Made by a program: the position numbers and the translations under genes
From: Chiloscyllium plagiosum
Taxonomy: Eukaryota
Direction: 5' to 3'
Assembly: GCF_004010195.1 (NCBI RefSeq)
Contig: NC_057750.1
Coordinates: forward strand, 5,855,983 to 5,884,038
DNA length: 28,056 nt
In this document: piece after piece, positions 1 through 11,285 of the stretch
Numbering within the stretch: the first letter of the stretch is position 1
How the letters are laid out: each line of letters begins with the position of its first letter
Notes under the pieces: generated by a model
What the model saw: the letters and a program-made list of their open reading frames with translations, nothing else
Database searches by the model: none
What the model was told of the DNA's origin: nothing

Positions 1-559
1 GACATGAATCATTAAATGTCCCAACTCCTCAGTCCAGCATATTCAAGGCACTTTAAACACAAAGTGTTACTCAGAGTTGCACTAACTGTCATGATATTGC
101 ACGTGCACAGATTTTTGATTGACAAGGGAGTTGAGGGTTAAAAGAAGTGGACAGGCAAGTAAAGTTTTGACTACAAACAGATCAGCCATGATCTTACAGA
201 AAGCAGAGCTGGCTTGAATGGCCAAATACCCGGTGATTATTTCGTAGGATCTTATGATGGTTTACAGTTCAACAAGCAATTTTGCACACTAGATTCTTCA
301 AATTAAAAATAATGCGATTTGGGTGTTAAAGGCAGAATGCAGGGAAAACTCAAGAGCACCTTTGAATGATACCATTGATATTTATCATCATCTTGCACCC
401 CTGGAACAGATCAACAAGCCCTCAGTCACAAGTCTCATTTGGACAATGTTTGCAACAAGGCATGCATTTCTTTCATACTTGCTCACAGTCTGGAATGTAC
501 TCTGAATTCAGATCAAAAAGATTTCTAATAGGCGACTGATTTGCAATGTAATGAAAACA

Positions 560-904
560 ATAGAATCATAGAACCCCCTGTAGCACAGAAGGAGGCTGTT
601 CAGTCCATAGAGTCTGGAGAGCCCTGGAAGAGCATCCAACCCAGATCCAGCACTGCTACCATATCCCTTAACCTTATATCTATCATGGCTATTCTACCTA
701 GCCTACATATCTCTGAACAGTACAATTTCTGCATAGCCAATCCATTTAGCTTGCACATCTTTGGACTGTGAAAGGAAACTGGAGCACTTAGAGGAAACCC
801 ACACAGATATAGGGTTTCCTGAGGTCCAATATCAAACAGTTACCTGAGGTGGAATCAAACCCAGGTCTCAGGCAACAGTGTTAACCACTGAGCCACTGTG
901 CTGC
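560..904 (-). mobile_element. HE1-like tRNA-derived SINE
   Basis: Minus strand starts GCAGCACAGTGGCTCAGTGGTTAACACTG (A box), then GGGTTTGATTCC (B box), and ends in a CR1-like TTCTATGATTCTAT tail. Confidence 0.8.
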
Positions 905-1429
905 TCTATAGCAGACACTAAACGTTTTCTTGGCTTTTTCAGATGCTGGTTCCAGAGAAAGTCACACAATGCACAGGAATATGTTCCAAGGATGTAGTTA
1001 AACCTTCAGAGTCAGGCAGCTTGGGAACATAAGAGGAGGCGGCCACTCAGCCCCAAACATAGCCCTTTATAGAATTCTGTGTCCTATAAAGGTATTGTGG
1101 TGCAATTTTTAACATTGTATTATAGATTTGAATGACCAGGCCTTTGTAACTGAAGCATGACTTCAATCCCTATATACAGTGCCCTGTTCCTCTAGATATA
1201 ATCCAGGATGACAGTTCCTAACTGCAGTCAGCCTACTCCTGTTGAAACAGCACCTTCCTGCTCACTGATTGAGGATACGATCTGGTTCGATGACCATATC
1301 ACCAAATTGTTTGGTTATGTCCAATATCAAGGATGTGGCTAAGGTATATGTGGGGTTGATAGGTGAGTGAATGAGTGAGTGGGGTGGTTGGGCATGTGTG
1401 TCTCGTGAGGATGTGGTGGTTCAAAGTGG

Positions 1430-2193
1430 ATGGGAGAAAATAAAAACACTATCTCTGAAGAACACATTCTAAGAAAAATAATGGAACTAAAGGCCAATAC
1501 ATCCTCAACTGGGATTGCATCCTGGGATATTAAATGAAATAGTTATAGAGAAAGCAGGTAACAAGCTTGTAAGGATTCACGAGTTCTGGTAAAGTCTCAG
1601 AGGATTGGAAAACTACTATGCAACAAGCCTTATTCAAAAATAAAGGGAAACAAAAATTCTAGAGGACAGATAGGTTAAACATCTGTCATTGGGAAAATGC
1701 TAGAGTCTACTATAAAGGATGCAACAGCAGAACATTTTCGAAATATATATGATCAAGCAGAGACAACATTGCTTCATGAAAGGAAATCATGCCTGGTAAA
1801 TTTATTACAATTATTTATGAAATTTTGTTAGAATTATTTGATGTGGTAACAAGCAGGATAAAGAGTAATCAATAGATGTAATATATTTGGGTTTCCAAAA
1901 GACATTCGATAAGTGACGGCACATAATAAGAGCACATGACTGGATAGGCTCACTTTTAGAATAGTGTTGGGATAAAGTGGGCACTTTTAGGATAGTAAAG
2001 TCGAGTGCAACAGAGATCAGTGCTGGGGCCACAATCATTTACAATACATGCTATATGGTGATGGAAGTCAACATACTACTGCCAGGTTTGAAGATGACAC
2101 AGATACAGGGGAACGCAATTAATTAGTGAAGATGACACAAGGAATCCACAGAGTGAGACAGACAAATTAAGTGGGCAAAAACATAGCTAATGG
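1430..2193 (+). mobile_element. CR1 LINE, degenerate RT region (5' part)
   Basis: CR1 ORF2 remnants: gaggattggaaa, aaatcatgcctggtaaattta, atatatttgggtttccaaaagacattcgataagtg, tttgaagatgacac (FADD-like). Confidence 0.8.
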
Positions 2194-2420
2194 TGTTATG
2201 TTCTTTTACTCCTGAGGTTCTTACACACTTGATACAACTGCAACACACTTCTGTGAACAAGCAACCAAATTTATGAAACACAGTACAGTATATGCTTTTT
2301 GGAGGAACCTTTAACACACACCTCGCAAAGCTTACGAGGTCGTGGCAAAAATTTCTCTCTGAACAAAGGAAACAGTTAAAGTTTATTAAAGCTTGTACAA
2401 GCAAGGTGACCCCCTCTAAA

Positions 2421-2513
2421 GTTGAAAAATGTGGTGCTGGAAAAACACAGCAGGCCAGGCAGCATCGAGGAGCAGGAGAATCGACGTTTCGGGCAGAAGC
2501 CCTTCTTCAGACA
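2421..2513 (-). mobile_element. Short Penelope-like pseudo-LTR insertion with hammerhead motif
   Basis: TSD CCCTCTAAA (2412-2420, 2514-2522); minus strand CTGAAGA-agggc-ttct-gccc-GAAA-CGTC. Confidence 0.8.
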
Positions 2514-2586
2514 CCCTCTAAACACCACCCAACCCCCCAACTCCTCAGGCATGCAAGGTTGATTCGAAGAGAGGCACTCAACAAAG

Positions 2587-2896
2587 CACCATCCTCATAA
2601 CCTGTCCTATCTGCCAATCTTCCTTCCCACCTATCTGCTCCACCCTCCTCTCTGACCTATGACCTTCATCCCCACCCCCATCCACCTACTGTACTCGTTG
2701 CTACCTTCTCCCCAGCCCTACCCCACTCCCATTTATCTCTCCACCCCGGAGGCTCCCTGCCTTCATTCTTGATGAAGGGCTTTTGCCCGAAAGATCAATC
2801 TTCCTGCTCCTCGGACACTGCCTTAAAGGCTGTGCTTTTCCAGCACCACTCTAATCTAGACTCTGATTTCCAGCATCTGCAGTCCTCACTTTGGGT
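2587..2896 (+). mobile_element. Penelope-like element 3' fragment
   Basis: TSD ACTCAACAAAG (2576-2586, 2897-2907); C-rich tract, degenerate hammerhead (ttgatgaagggcttttgcccgaaa) and ccagcatctgcagtcctcacttt tail. Confidence 0.8.
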
Positions 2897-3371
2897 ACTC
2901 AACAAAGAAAGCACATCCCCTTTATACAGGTCAAGTTGGCCATGCTTACAGATGCTCTGGCCACTCCCCCACAGTCACATGCCACTCAAGACAACTCCCA
3001 CTATTACCCACAGTCACATGCTACCCCAGGTGCAATGGCAGGATGGGATCATCCTCGGAGATAATGCAAATGCTAATACCTTAATCCTGGAGAATTGTTA
3101 TGCAGACAATTTCCTAACTCAGTGATTTCCCCACAACAATGAAGGTGTGAGATACCTCTGGTCACAAAGCATTTCTGAATGGAAGAGATTGAATTGATGG
3201 TTTAATTTGACAATAGCAGAGGAGTAATGTCAAAATGAAGTGTAAATTACAATGGATAGTCATCCATATTCTTCCATGGATGTCATCCCCACCCAAAGGC
3301 AGTGCAGTTTAACCCTTTAATATTACATTAATGCCCAGAGAGATAGTACAATTTGATCTTTTAACATTACA

Positions 3372-4130
3372 ATGGAATATAATGTGAGAAAATGAGAGGT
3401 TAATGATCTTTGGTAGGAAAAATAGAAGAGCTGAATGGAACTTAAATGGGGAAAGACGGCAGCAAGTTGAAGCATGGAAGAATTTGAGGGTTGCATCAAC
3501 ATCAAACGAAAAAAAAGGAAGTGGAATGTTGGCCTTTATTTCAATGAATGTGGAATTATAACAATAGGGAGGTCTTGTTAAAACTATAGAAGGCAGTAGC
3601 CAGACCACACCTGGAATAGGTAAAAACAATGACTGCAGATGCTGGATACCAGATTTTGGATCAGTGGTGCTGGAAGAGCACAGCAGTTCAGGCAGCATCT
3701 GAGGAGCAGCAAAATCGACGTTTTGAGCAAAAGCCCTTCATCAGGAATAAAGGCAGAGAGCCTGAAGCATGGAGAGATAAGCTAGAGGAGGGTGGGGAGA
3801 AAGTAGCATGAAATACAATAGGTGAGAGTTTGTTTCAGGACATGGTTGAAGAGCTTCAGGGCAGAGGAAATGACCTGGGAGTTGCAGTGGGAGGGGGACT
3901 CCCTGAGATTCTTGTAGAGAGAGGAGGAAAACTTCTTGAACAATTTTACTCCCCTTATCCCAAAGGGGCAATCTGGAGAAGGTTCACGATTGATTCTGGA
4001 TAATGAGGGATTTTATATGATGAGTGGTTGAATAGGTTGGGTTTGTATTCATTGGAATTTAGAAGAAATGAAAGATGACCTTATTGAAATAGCTTATTCT
4101 TAGGGAGGCTTGAAAGAGTAGATGCAGAAT
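3372..4130 (+). mobile_element. CR1 LINE continuation, interrupted by a Penelope fragment
   Basis: atggaatataatgtgagaaaatg...cagaccacacctggaata...tcattggaatttagaagaaatgaaagatgaccttattgaa are CR1 3' ORF2 motifs. Confidence 0.75.
3619..3935 (-). mobile_element. Penelope-like element 3' fragment
   Basis: Starts with the same tail as 25623-25660 in reverse (gtaaaaacaatgactgcagatgctgg); hammerhead-like motif at about 3713-3748. Confidence 0.75.
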
Positions 4131-5221
4131 ACTTTGTAGAAAAGATCGTTTATGGCACAATTTCTTTCCTTATACAACTGCATGGTATTGCCTCATTCAT
4201 GCATTCATCTGATCACATCACTGCATTCTTTTATTCCCCCCCCCCACTAAAACTGCAGGTACAGTGAGTACAATCTGTCTGTCCCAATGTATGCTATGTA
4301 CAATTGATTGATTAAGATTTTCCATGCAATCATTGTGTTTGCCTTATGCTATACTATCTCTCTGGAGCTATGTGGCTAAAAACAATTTCACTACCAGCTA
4401 GACACATAGGAAACTGCCTGAAGTACAAAAGGTTTGAGTGGGATTATGCAAGGGACCACATCTCTACACATCAAGTGTTTTGTCCCTCAGTATCATGCTG
4501 CACACAAGCAGAAGCTATTTGCTTTTATCTGAAGTACAAACAAAGGGCCTTCCTAACACCTCAATCTTGAAATCAAAACAACTTGTTCCTCATCCTGTGG
4601 AATCCCCGACTGTCCTCTGTCTCTGCTTCCTGCCACAGACCTCCACTTCCAAGTCAGAGTTGCCTTAGCATTAGTTCATTCTCCTTATATTATCTCACAC
4701 CCATTTCAGAGTTACAAACCTCCAGTACCTGTACTGTGGGGCTCAAAGCAAGGCAACAAATGAACAAACCAATCAGCCAATTTTTAACAACATCCAGTTG
4801 GTTACAAAGTGACAGAATTCACTTCCATTCCACTGACCTCTAAGCATAGAGTCATGAAGGGATGGGGTCTAGGATTTTGAAATGCATGTGCAAGAAAATA
4901 GGTAACTATTTTAAGAAAAAAAAAGAGGATTGGGAAGGATTACAATAATCCCATTGTATAAAACAAAAATTACACTGGTACCCAGTCACAATGTCCCAAG
5001 TCTCCTTTGAAAGCATCTCAAATATGTGTTAACCCTGCACCTAGAAAAGCAAGGGAAGCAGGCGCATGGAAACAACACCAGCTGCAAGTATCTCTCCAAG
5101 CTACACCCCATCCTGACTCTGAAATACATCACTGCTCCTTCAATGCCACTGGGTCAAAATCATGGAACTCCCTTTCTTACAGCACTATAGGTGCACCTGG
5201 ATTCCAGCGGTTAAAGAAGGT

Positions 5222-5465
5222 TTGACAGAGACCGGAGGGGCAACTTTTTCACATACAGGGTGGTGTAACCATGGAATGAATCACCAGAGGAAGTGGTAGA
5301 TGCAAGTACATTTAGAACATTTAAAAGACATTTGATACATGCATAGGAAAGATTTAGGGGGACATGGGCCAAACACAGGCAAGTGAAACTAGTTTAGCTT
5401 GGGAAATCTGGTCAGTATGGACGGGGTTGGACTGAAGGGTCTGTTTCCTTGCTGGATGACTATAA
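5222..5465 (+). mobile_element. CR1 3' end fragment
   Basis: ggggcaactttttcac...tggaatgaatcaccagaggaagtggtag...ttggactgaagggtctgtttcc...tgactata. Confidence 0.8.
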
Positions 5466-5811
5466 CAGCTCATCACTACCTTCTTAAAAGCAATTAGGAA
5501 TGGGCAATAAATGTTGGTAATGCCAATGACATCAACATTGTGTGAATGAATAATGGCAATGTGCAGAAAGATATCATGGTCGATCCCTTGTCCCTACTGT
5601 AGGTTGGAGGGCAAGCGTTTCTTGTTCTCTCCACTTGAGAAATACCATGCACTATAAAACATGGACAGACAATTACAAATAAATCTAAGGTCAGATTAAC
5701 CTTGTATGTGGCATCCTGCACACTCAAAATAACCTCTCATCTACTAGACCCGCATGCTAAAAATGTCCAATTGCAGGAGAGTAATCATTGCCAGAGAAAC
5801 AGTACTCCTGC

Positions 5812-6200
5812 AAGTCATGAGTCACACAGCATGGAAACAGTCCATGCCAACCTGGTTTCCCAAAGTAAACTAGTCTATTTGCCCTAACTTAGCCCCTATA
5901 AACCTTTCCTTTTTGTGTAACTGTCCAAATATCTTTTAAATATCGTAATTGTACCTCATCCACCACTTCGTCAGGCAGTTCATTCTACATAGGAACCACC
6001 CTCTGCATGAAACAGTTGCCCTCAGGACCCTTCTAAATCTTCCTCCTCTCACCTTAACGTTATGCCCTCTAGTTTTGAATTCCCCTACCCTCAGAAAAAG
6101 ACATTTGCTATTCACTGTAACTGTGCTCATGATTTTATAAATCTCTATAAGATCACCCCTAAACAGCCTATGCTCCAGGGAAAAAACATCCAAGCCTATC
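5812..6200 (-). mobile_element. CR1 3' end fragment
   Basis: Minus ORF FSLEHRLFRGDLIEIYKIM...KTRGHNVKVRGGRF is the CR1 ORF2 C-terminus. Confidence 0.85.
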
Positions 6201-7484
6201 TAGAAGTAGGAATTTATCTATATGCCTTGTTTCTTAATAAGAAACGGTAGAACTAACTGAAGGCTGGTTGTGCACCTACTTATAAATTCAATCCTTAGTC
6301 TCTCCTGATACACCAGATATTCTGGCCTGTGCTAAGATGACAAATCTACTAATGCACCTCTCAAACTAGAGCAAGTCTTTGCCTACAGCTGATATCTGGC
6401 TGCACAACTCCACCTGTCCAGCAGACAACTGTAACATGAAACTCATTTGTTGCGAACTAATGCTGGGTAATGCTAGTGAGCATTATACCTGTAATTGTCT
6501 GTAAATTGAGAATATGTTTAGCACTGAGGATAGGCAAAATGGTTAAGAATATTCTTGTATCGATGTAGTACAGTTAACTATTTGACGCAGGAATGTGAAA
6601 TCTGCTTTAAGATGGCACCACAAAGAACAAAGTTCATCAGCACTTAAGTACCAACTTGTTTTAGCTCATTTGCTGCTGAAACTCTACATCTATGCCTTTG
6701 TTATTTCTAGATTTCACGGTCTGCTGGCCAGCCTCCCTTCCTGTAAACCTACGCTCAAGCAAAACTTAATCTGTTAGGAGCTTTCTTTTGTACATTTTCT
6801 AATCAACCTGTTCAGGAATGTTTTTATATGCCTATGGAACAGATGGGTTTTGAATCCAGGGCTTTCTGGTGGATACCACCACTAAACCACAAGAGCCACA
6901 GGCACATTTCTTTCCAGGAAGTCAGCAGACAACAATAGGTTCACGAAAATGAGGAGACAGTCAAAAGTGAAGCTCCATAATGTCTCAGATTTGAGATCTA
7001 GCCTACACCAGTTGCCTCACATCAGATGACACAGGGGTCCAGAGTAGACCGGACTCAGTGACCAAATTGACAAAAAGAGGAAGAGAGTCAACATGCTTGG
7101 TTTCCTGCTCCCAATCACTGGCTTGTATTCCTTCTCTTTTCCTGCTGATTGAATATTAGAGGATAACAAATCACATTAGGGCAGCCAATGGCGGAAAAAC
7201 TCAATTCGGGAAGGCTTAGACCTTCAAACTGTAGTAGATTACGAGGATGGAAACTACACAAGATCCAAAAGTATCTATTATAAAACAGAATCAGTAATTA
7301 TAAGTTTAGTGAAGCATAGTTGCTGAGCTACCACAAAGGGCAAAATGGCGTACTCTCAAATTCACCGTAAGACCTGACCTTTTATTTAAACTGTGTGATT
7401 AAATAAATTATATCTTTTAATGAAGATCTACTTATGTAACAGCTCCACAAAATGTGAACCTTTGAGAATCTAAATGAAAATTTG

Positions 7485-7663
7485 GAGGCTAGTACAATGG
7501 CAACATCTCAAAAGCATCTGGATAGGTTTATGAATAGGAAGGGTTTGGAGGGATATGGGCCAAGTGCTGGCAAATGGGACTAGATTAGGTTGGGATATCT
7601 GGTCAGCATGGACAAGTTGGACCAAAGGGTCTGTTTCCATGCTGTATGCCTCTACGACTCTAT
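7485..7663 (+). mobile_element. CR1 3' tail
   Basis: Near-identical to 9235-9405 and 27285-27441 (gcatctggataggtttatgaataggaagggtttggagggatatgggcc...ctctacgactctat). Confidence 0.8.
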
Positions 7664-8234
7664 AAAAGAAGTTTCACCAACTATCAACTATTGTAATAAA
7701 AAAAATCTGTTTCATAAATTACTACTGAGGAAGAACATCTGTCATCCTACAAGGTCTGGCATACATTTTACTCCAGACATATAGCAATGTGGCTGATTCT
7801 TAATTTACCCTCTGAACTGGCCTAGCAAGCCACTTAGTTCAAGGACAATTAGAGATGGACAATAAAGTGATACTCACATCTCATGAAAAATAATTGACAC
7901 ACCTCTTCACAACACAGTGGTCTTGCAGGAAATAGTGCATTACAGATAGGAAAGATCTAGTAAGGACAAATGTTCCTTACTAGATCTAGTAAGGACAAAT
8001 GTTCCATTTTCAACAAATGGAATTGATTGCAAAAGGAATGGAATATAAAAGTAGGAACATTTTGTTCCAGTTGCATAGGACATTGGTGAGACCACGTCTG
8101 GAGTACTGAGGAATCTGGTCTCCTTATTTGAGAATGAATATGCAGACAGTAGAATTGAGACCATATTCAGTTCAAATGACAGAGCAGGCACAAAAAGCCA
8201 TTTGGCATGCTCCTACTCCCAAATTATGTTTATA

Positions 8235-8393
8235 CAGAGGAACCTCAATTATCCAAATGACATGGGCAGGGAGAATTTTGTTTGGTTAATCGAATGTCAG
8301 ATAACATAGTTAGCCAAGCATTGGGACCGTGTGATCTTGTTCAGATAACCTGAAATTCGATTAATCGAATGCTGGATAATTGAGGTTCCTCTG
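8235..8393. mobile_element. MITE of Tc1/mariner (Tigger/pogo) type, 159 bp
   Basis: Perfect 21-bp TIRs CAGAGGAACCTCAATTATCCA / TGGATAATTGAGGTTCCTCTG, flanked by TA on both sides. Confidence 0.9.
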
Positions 8394-8559
8394 TATATGT
8401 ATCACAATTGGACTAGATTATGAAAATGCCCTCTAACAGCATGTCAACACTCCCTCTCTATACTCAAATGTGCAACGGGGAGTCAGAAGGTTGTTGGCTT
8501 TCATAGAAATAATCGAGTTCCTGGGACAAAATTGGGTATGCATCTTTAAACAGATGTCA

Positions 8560-8990
8560 AATGTGACTTAGTTAGCAGCATTCCCACCTCTGAGTCCAAG
8601 TCCCACACCAGGATTTCAACACAAAAATCAAGACTGACACTCCAGTGCAGTGCTGAGGGAGTTCAGCAGTGCTGGAGGCGTTGCCACTCAGAAATTAAAC
8701 TGGGTCCTCATCTGATGCTTGCGTGGATGTCAAAGATCCTACACATTATTTTGAAGATGAGCAGAAGAGTTCTCCTCGGTGTCGTGACGTTAAATTTACC
8801 CTTTGAACATCACAAAAACAAACAAACTTGGCATTAGTACATTGTTGTTTGTCAGAGTTTGCTGTATATAAATTAGCTAAGTTCCTACCTTACATCATGA
8901 CTGCACTCCAAAAGTATTTTGCTCGATAAAAAGAACTTTGGGACATCCTGGGATCTTAAAAGCCGCATATAAATCCAAGCTTTTCCTTTT
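8560..8990 (+). mobile_element. DeuSINE (SacSINE1-like)
   Basis: ctgacactccagtgcagtgctgagggag, ggatgtcaaagatcc...tattttgaagatgagcag (Deu-domain-like) and ctttgggacatcctg...atataaatccaagc tail. Confidence 0.7.
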
Positions 8991-9134
8991 CTTTTAACGT
9001 AACAGTGTTCCAAAGCGTTTTACAAGTATGTTACTGAACAGCTTGATGTGAATCATTTCAGGAGATATTAAGGCAGGTGAGCAAAAGAGAAACTTAAAAG
9101 GAAGCCAGAGAGGTAGAACTAGACGGCATAAGTT

Positions 9135-9405
9135 GAGTTTGACAGGGGAAAGATATAAAAGGGACCTAAGGGGCAATCTTTTCATGCAGAGGGTGGTGTG
9201 TGAATGAAATGAACTTCCAGAGGAAGCGATGAAGCCTGGTACAATTACAACATTTAAAAGGCATCTGGGTGAGTTTATGAATAGGAAGGTTTATAGGGAT
9301 ATGGGCCAAGTGCTGACAAATGGGACTAGATTAGGTTAGGATATCTCGTCGGCATGGACGATTTGGACAAAAGGGTCTGATTCAGTGCTGTACATCTCTA
9401 TAACT
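9135..9405 (+). mobile_element. CR1 3' end fragment
   Basis: aaaagggacctaaggggcaatcttttcatgcagagggtggtg..., same family as 27190-27441. Confidence 0.8.
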
Positions 9406-10501
9406 ATCTCAGAGGATGGTGGCTGGGGAGGCTACAGAGAAAGAGCAGGGAGTTCAGGCCATAGAAAAGCTTGAATAAAAAAAATGGAGAGTATTACTTA
9501 ACCAGAGGCCAATGCAGATCAACGAGCTCAAGCTGATGGATGAAGGAACTTGATAGGGGTAACAAGGATTTAGATAACCTCTAGTTTTCTGAGTATGGAA
9601 AATGGAAGACGATAAGGACAGCATAATGGAACAGTCAACCAAAGGCATGGAGGAGGGTAACGACAGGAGATGAGCTGAGGTCCTGTGGAGACCGCAAAGT
9701 TATTGAGATGGAATCTCCATCCTAGCAATAGAGGATAAGTGTCAAAAGCTCCACTCAGGGCCACATTACACACTTGGTTGTGAAAAGTCAAGTTTAAGTT
9801 CAGACCAAAAGCATTCCTTCCCTTTTCAGACACTAACGTATTGTACGCATTTTCTGTTTTTATCCAGTAATCCATGCTGTAATATTTAACATTGGAATTT
9901 CCAAGGACGGATGTGTGTTCAAGTGTGATGCTCCACATCCATAGTATTAATTCCAGTAACACAGACTGGCCCCATACATCAACAGCAAGCACCCCTCAGC
10001 CACCCAACATCAACCCTATCAGAACCTTGCAGTTTTCAAGAAAGTAGAAATTCTAAACCTGGAAATGCAGTTTGGATATTTCCACCTAGAAGAACAGGGG
10101 CAAGAGATGCATGGGAAAGCCTGCAAAGAGTGCCCTCCAAGACTGAAATTACATTACAATTCCTTCACTGTTGCCAGGTGAAAATCCTGAAATTTCCCAA
10201 CAGGTTTGTAGATTCACTGTACCACAAAGACTGCAAGAGGGAAGCTTCTCAAAAGCAAGTAGGAATGGGGCAATAAACGTTAGGCAATGAATATTGCCAC
10301 CTAGATCCTATGAATGAATTTTTAGGAACTATCTCAAAGTTTCCAAAACACCACACTGCACCTCCAACCAGGAACCCCAGAGATGCAGCCTAAACCTTTA
10401 GACATCCTGCCCTAACAGCAAGTGGGATCAGGGACATAGCAAAGATGGTGGGAGTGAATGGAATCAGGTTTCTGTTTTATGACATTCTATAGAGTCCACT
10501 T

Positions 10502-10528
10502 TCTCTCTCTCTCACACACACACACACC
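10502..10528 (+). repeat. Compound (TC)n(AC)n microsatellite
   Basis: tctctctctctcacacacacacacac. Confidence 0.85.
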
Positions 10529-11285
10529 AGTTCCTCATTGTTTAAACAGTGAGCACTGACATCAAGGTGACTTGACTCAGCCCAACAAAACAAACAGAAA
10601 GTTAACATTAAAACCAGTTAGGACCAATTAAAACATCAATGACTCTGCCATGCACACCACTCTTGAAGTAAGGAAGATAAGATGGGGTCAACCAGTAATT
10701 TGACATGTCAGCAAAATCTTAGGTAAATTGCTATCCAACAAATGCAGACAGGAATTAAACGATAATTGAAAATTTAGACATTGGTCAGGGCATCCAACAC
10801 CACACCCTTCCTCAACATCCAACGACACTAATGAATGCAAATATATGCTCAAGTCAGCTCCTGGCATTTCAGCCAAGCGTTCACTTTCAATCCTCACAGA
10901 AAGTGAAAACACTGCTCAACCATGGCAAGCATCACTTCAATCCTGCCTTTATTTGGTTGCTGTGGGCATGAGAGATTGGGACCAACTGCTCATGGGGAAA
11001 ATTAAACACAAACACTGTCTGCTTCTGGCCTATAACATCTATATACTTTCTAGCATGGATAGTGGTCGCTGGAGTGTGAATTCAGGCTCCCTCTCAGAGA
11101 CCTCAGGCCTTGAAAGAAATTAAAGCAGACCCTGCTGCCACTCCATCTTAGAGCATGCAATTCAGCACAGTACAATTTACGTAAACCCATTCTGACACTT
11201 TTGTCTATTTAGCTCACGAGACATGTAAAAAGAGAATCAAGAGATAAACAAACATAAGAATAAAAAACATATCTCTAGGCTTTAC

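Larger units (their letters stand above)
2194..3371 (-). mobile_element. Solo LTR inserted in the CR1
   Basis: Termini TGTTATGTT...AACATTACA, 4-bp TSD ATGG (2190-2193 and 3372-3375), and the CR1 reads on across the junction. Minus-strand TATAAA near 2921-2926 and AATAAA at 2382-2387. Confidence 0.7.
1..11285 (-). other. PPP1R37: Intron 1 of PPP1R37 (partial, >11 kb)
   Basis: Begins GTAAAG at 11285 on the minus strand. I did not find the expected next exon (AQNVTV-like) in the window; the region is mostly decayed retroelements. Confidence 0.7.

Noticed and set aside
9570..9992. 140-aa minus-strand ORF
   Set aside because: Non-ATG start, no recognisable similarity, partly overlaps decayed L2-like sequence; not PPP1R37 exon 2.
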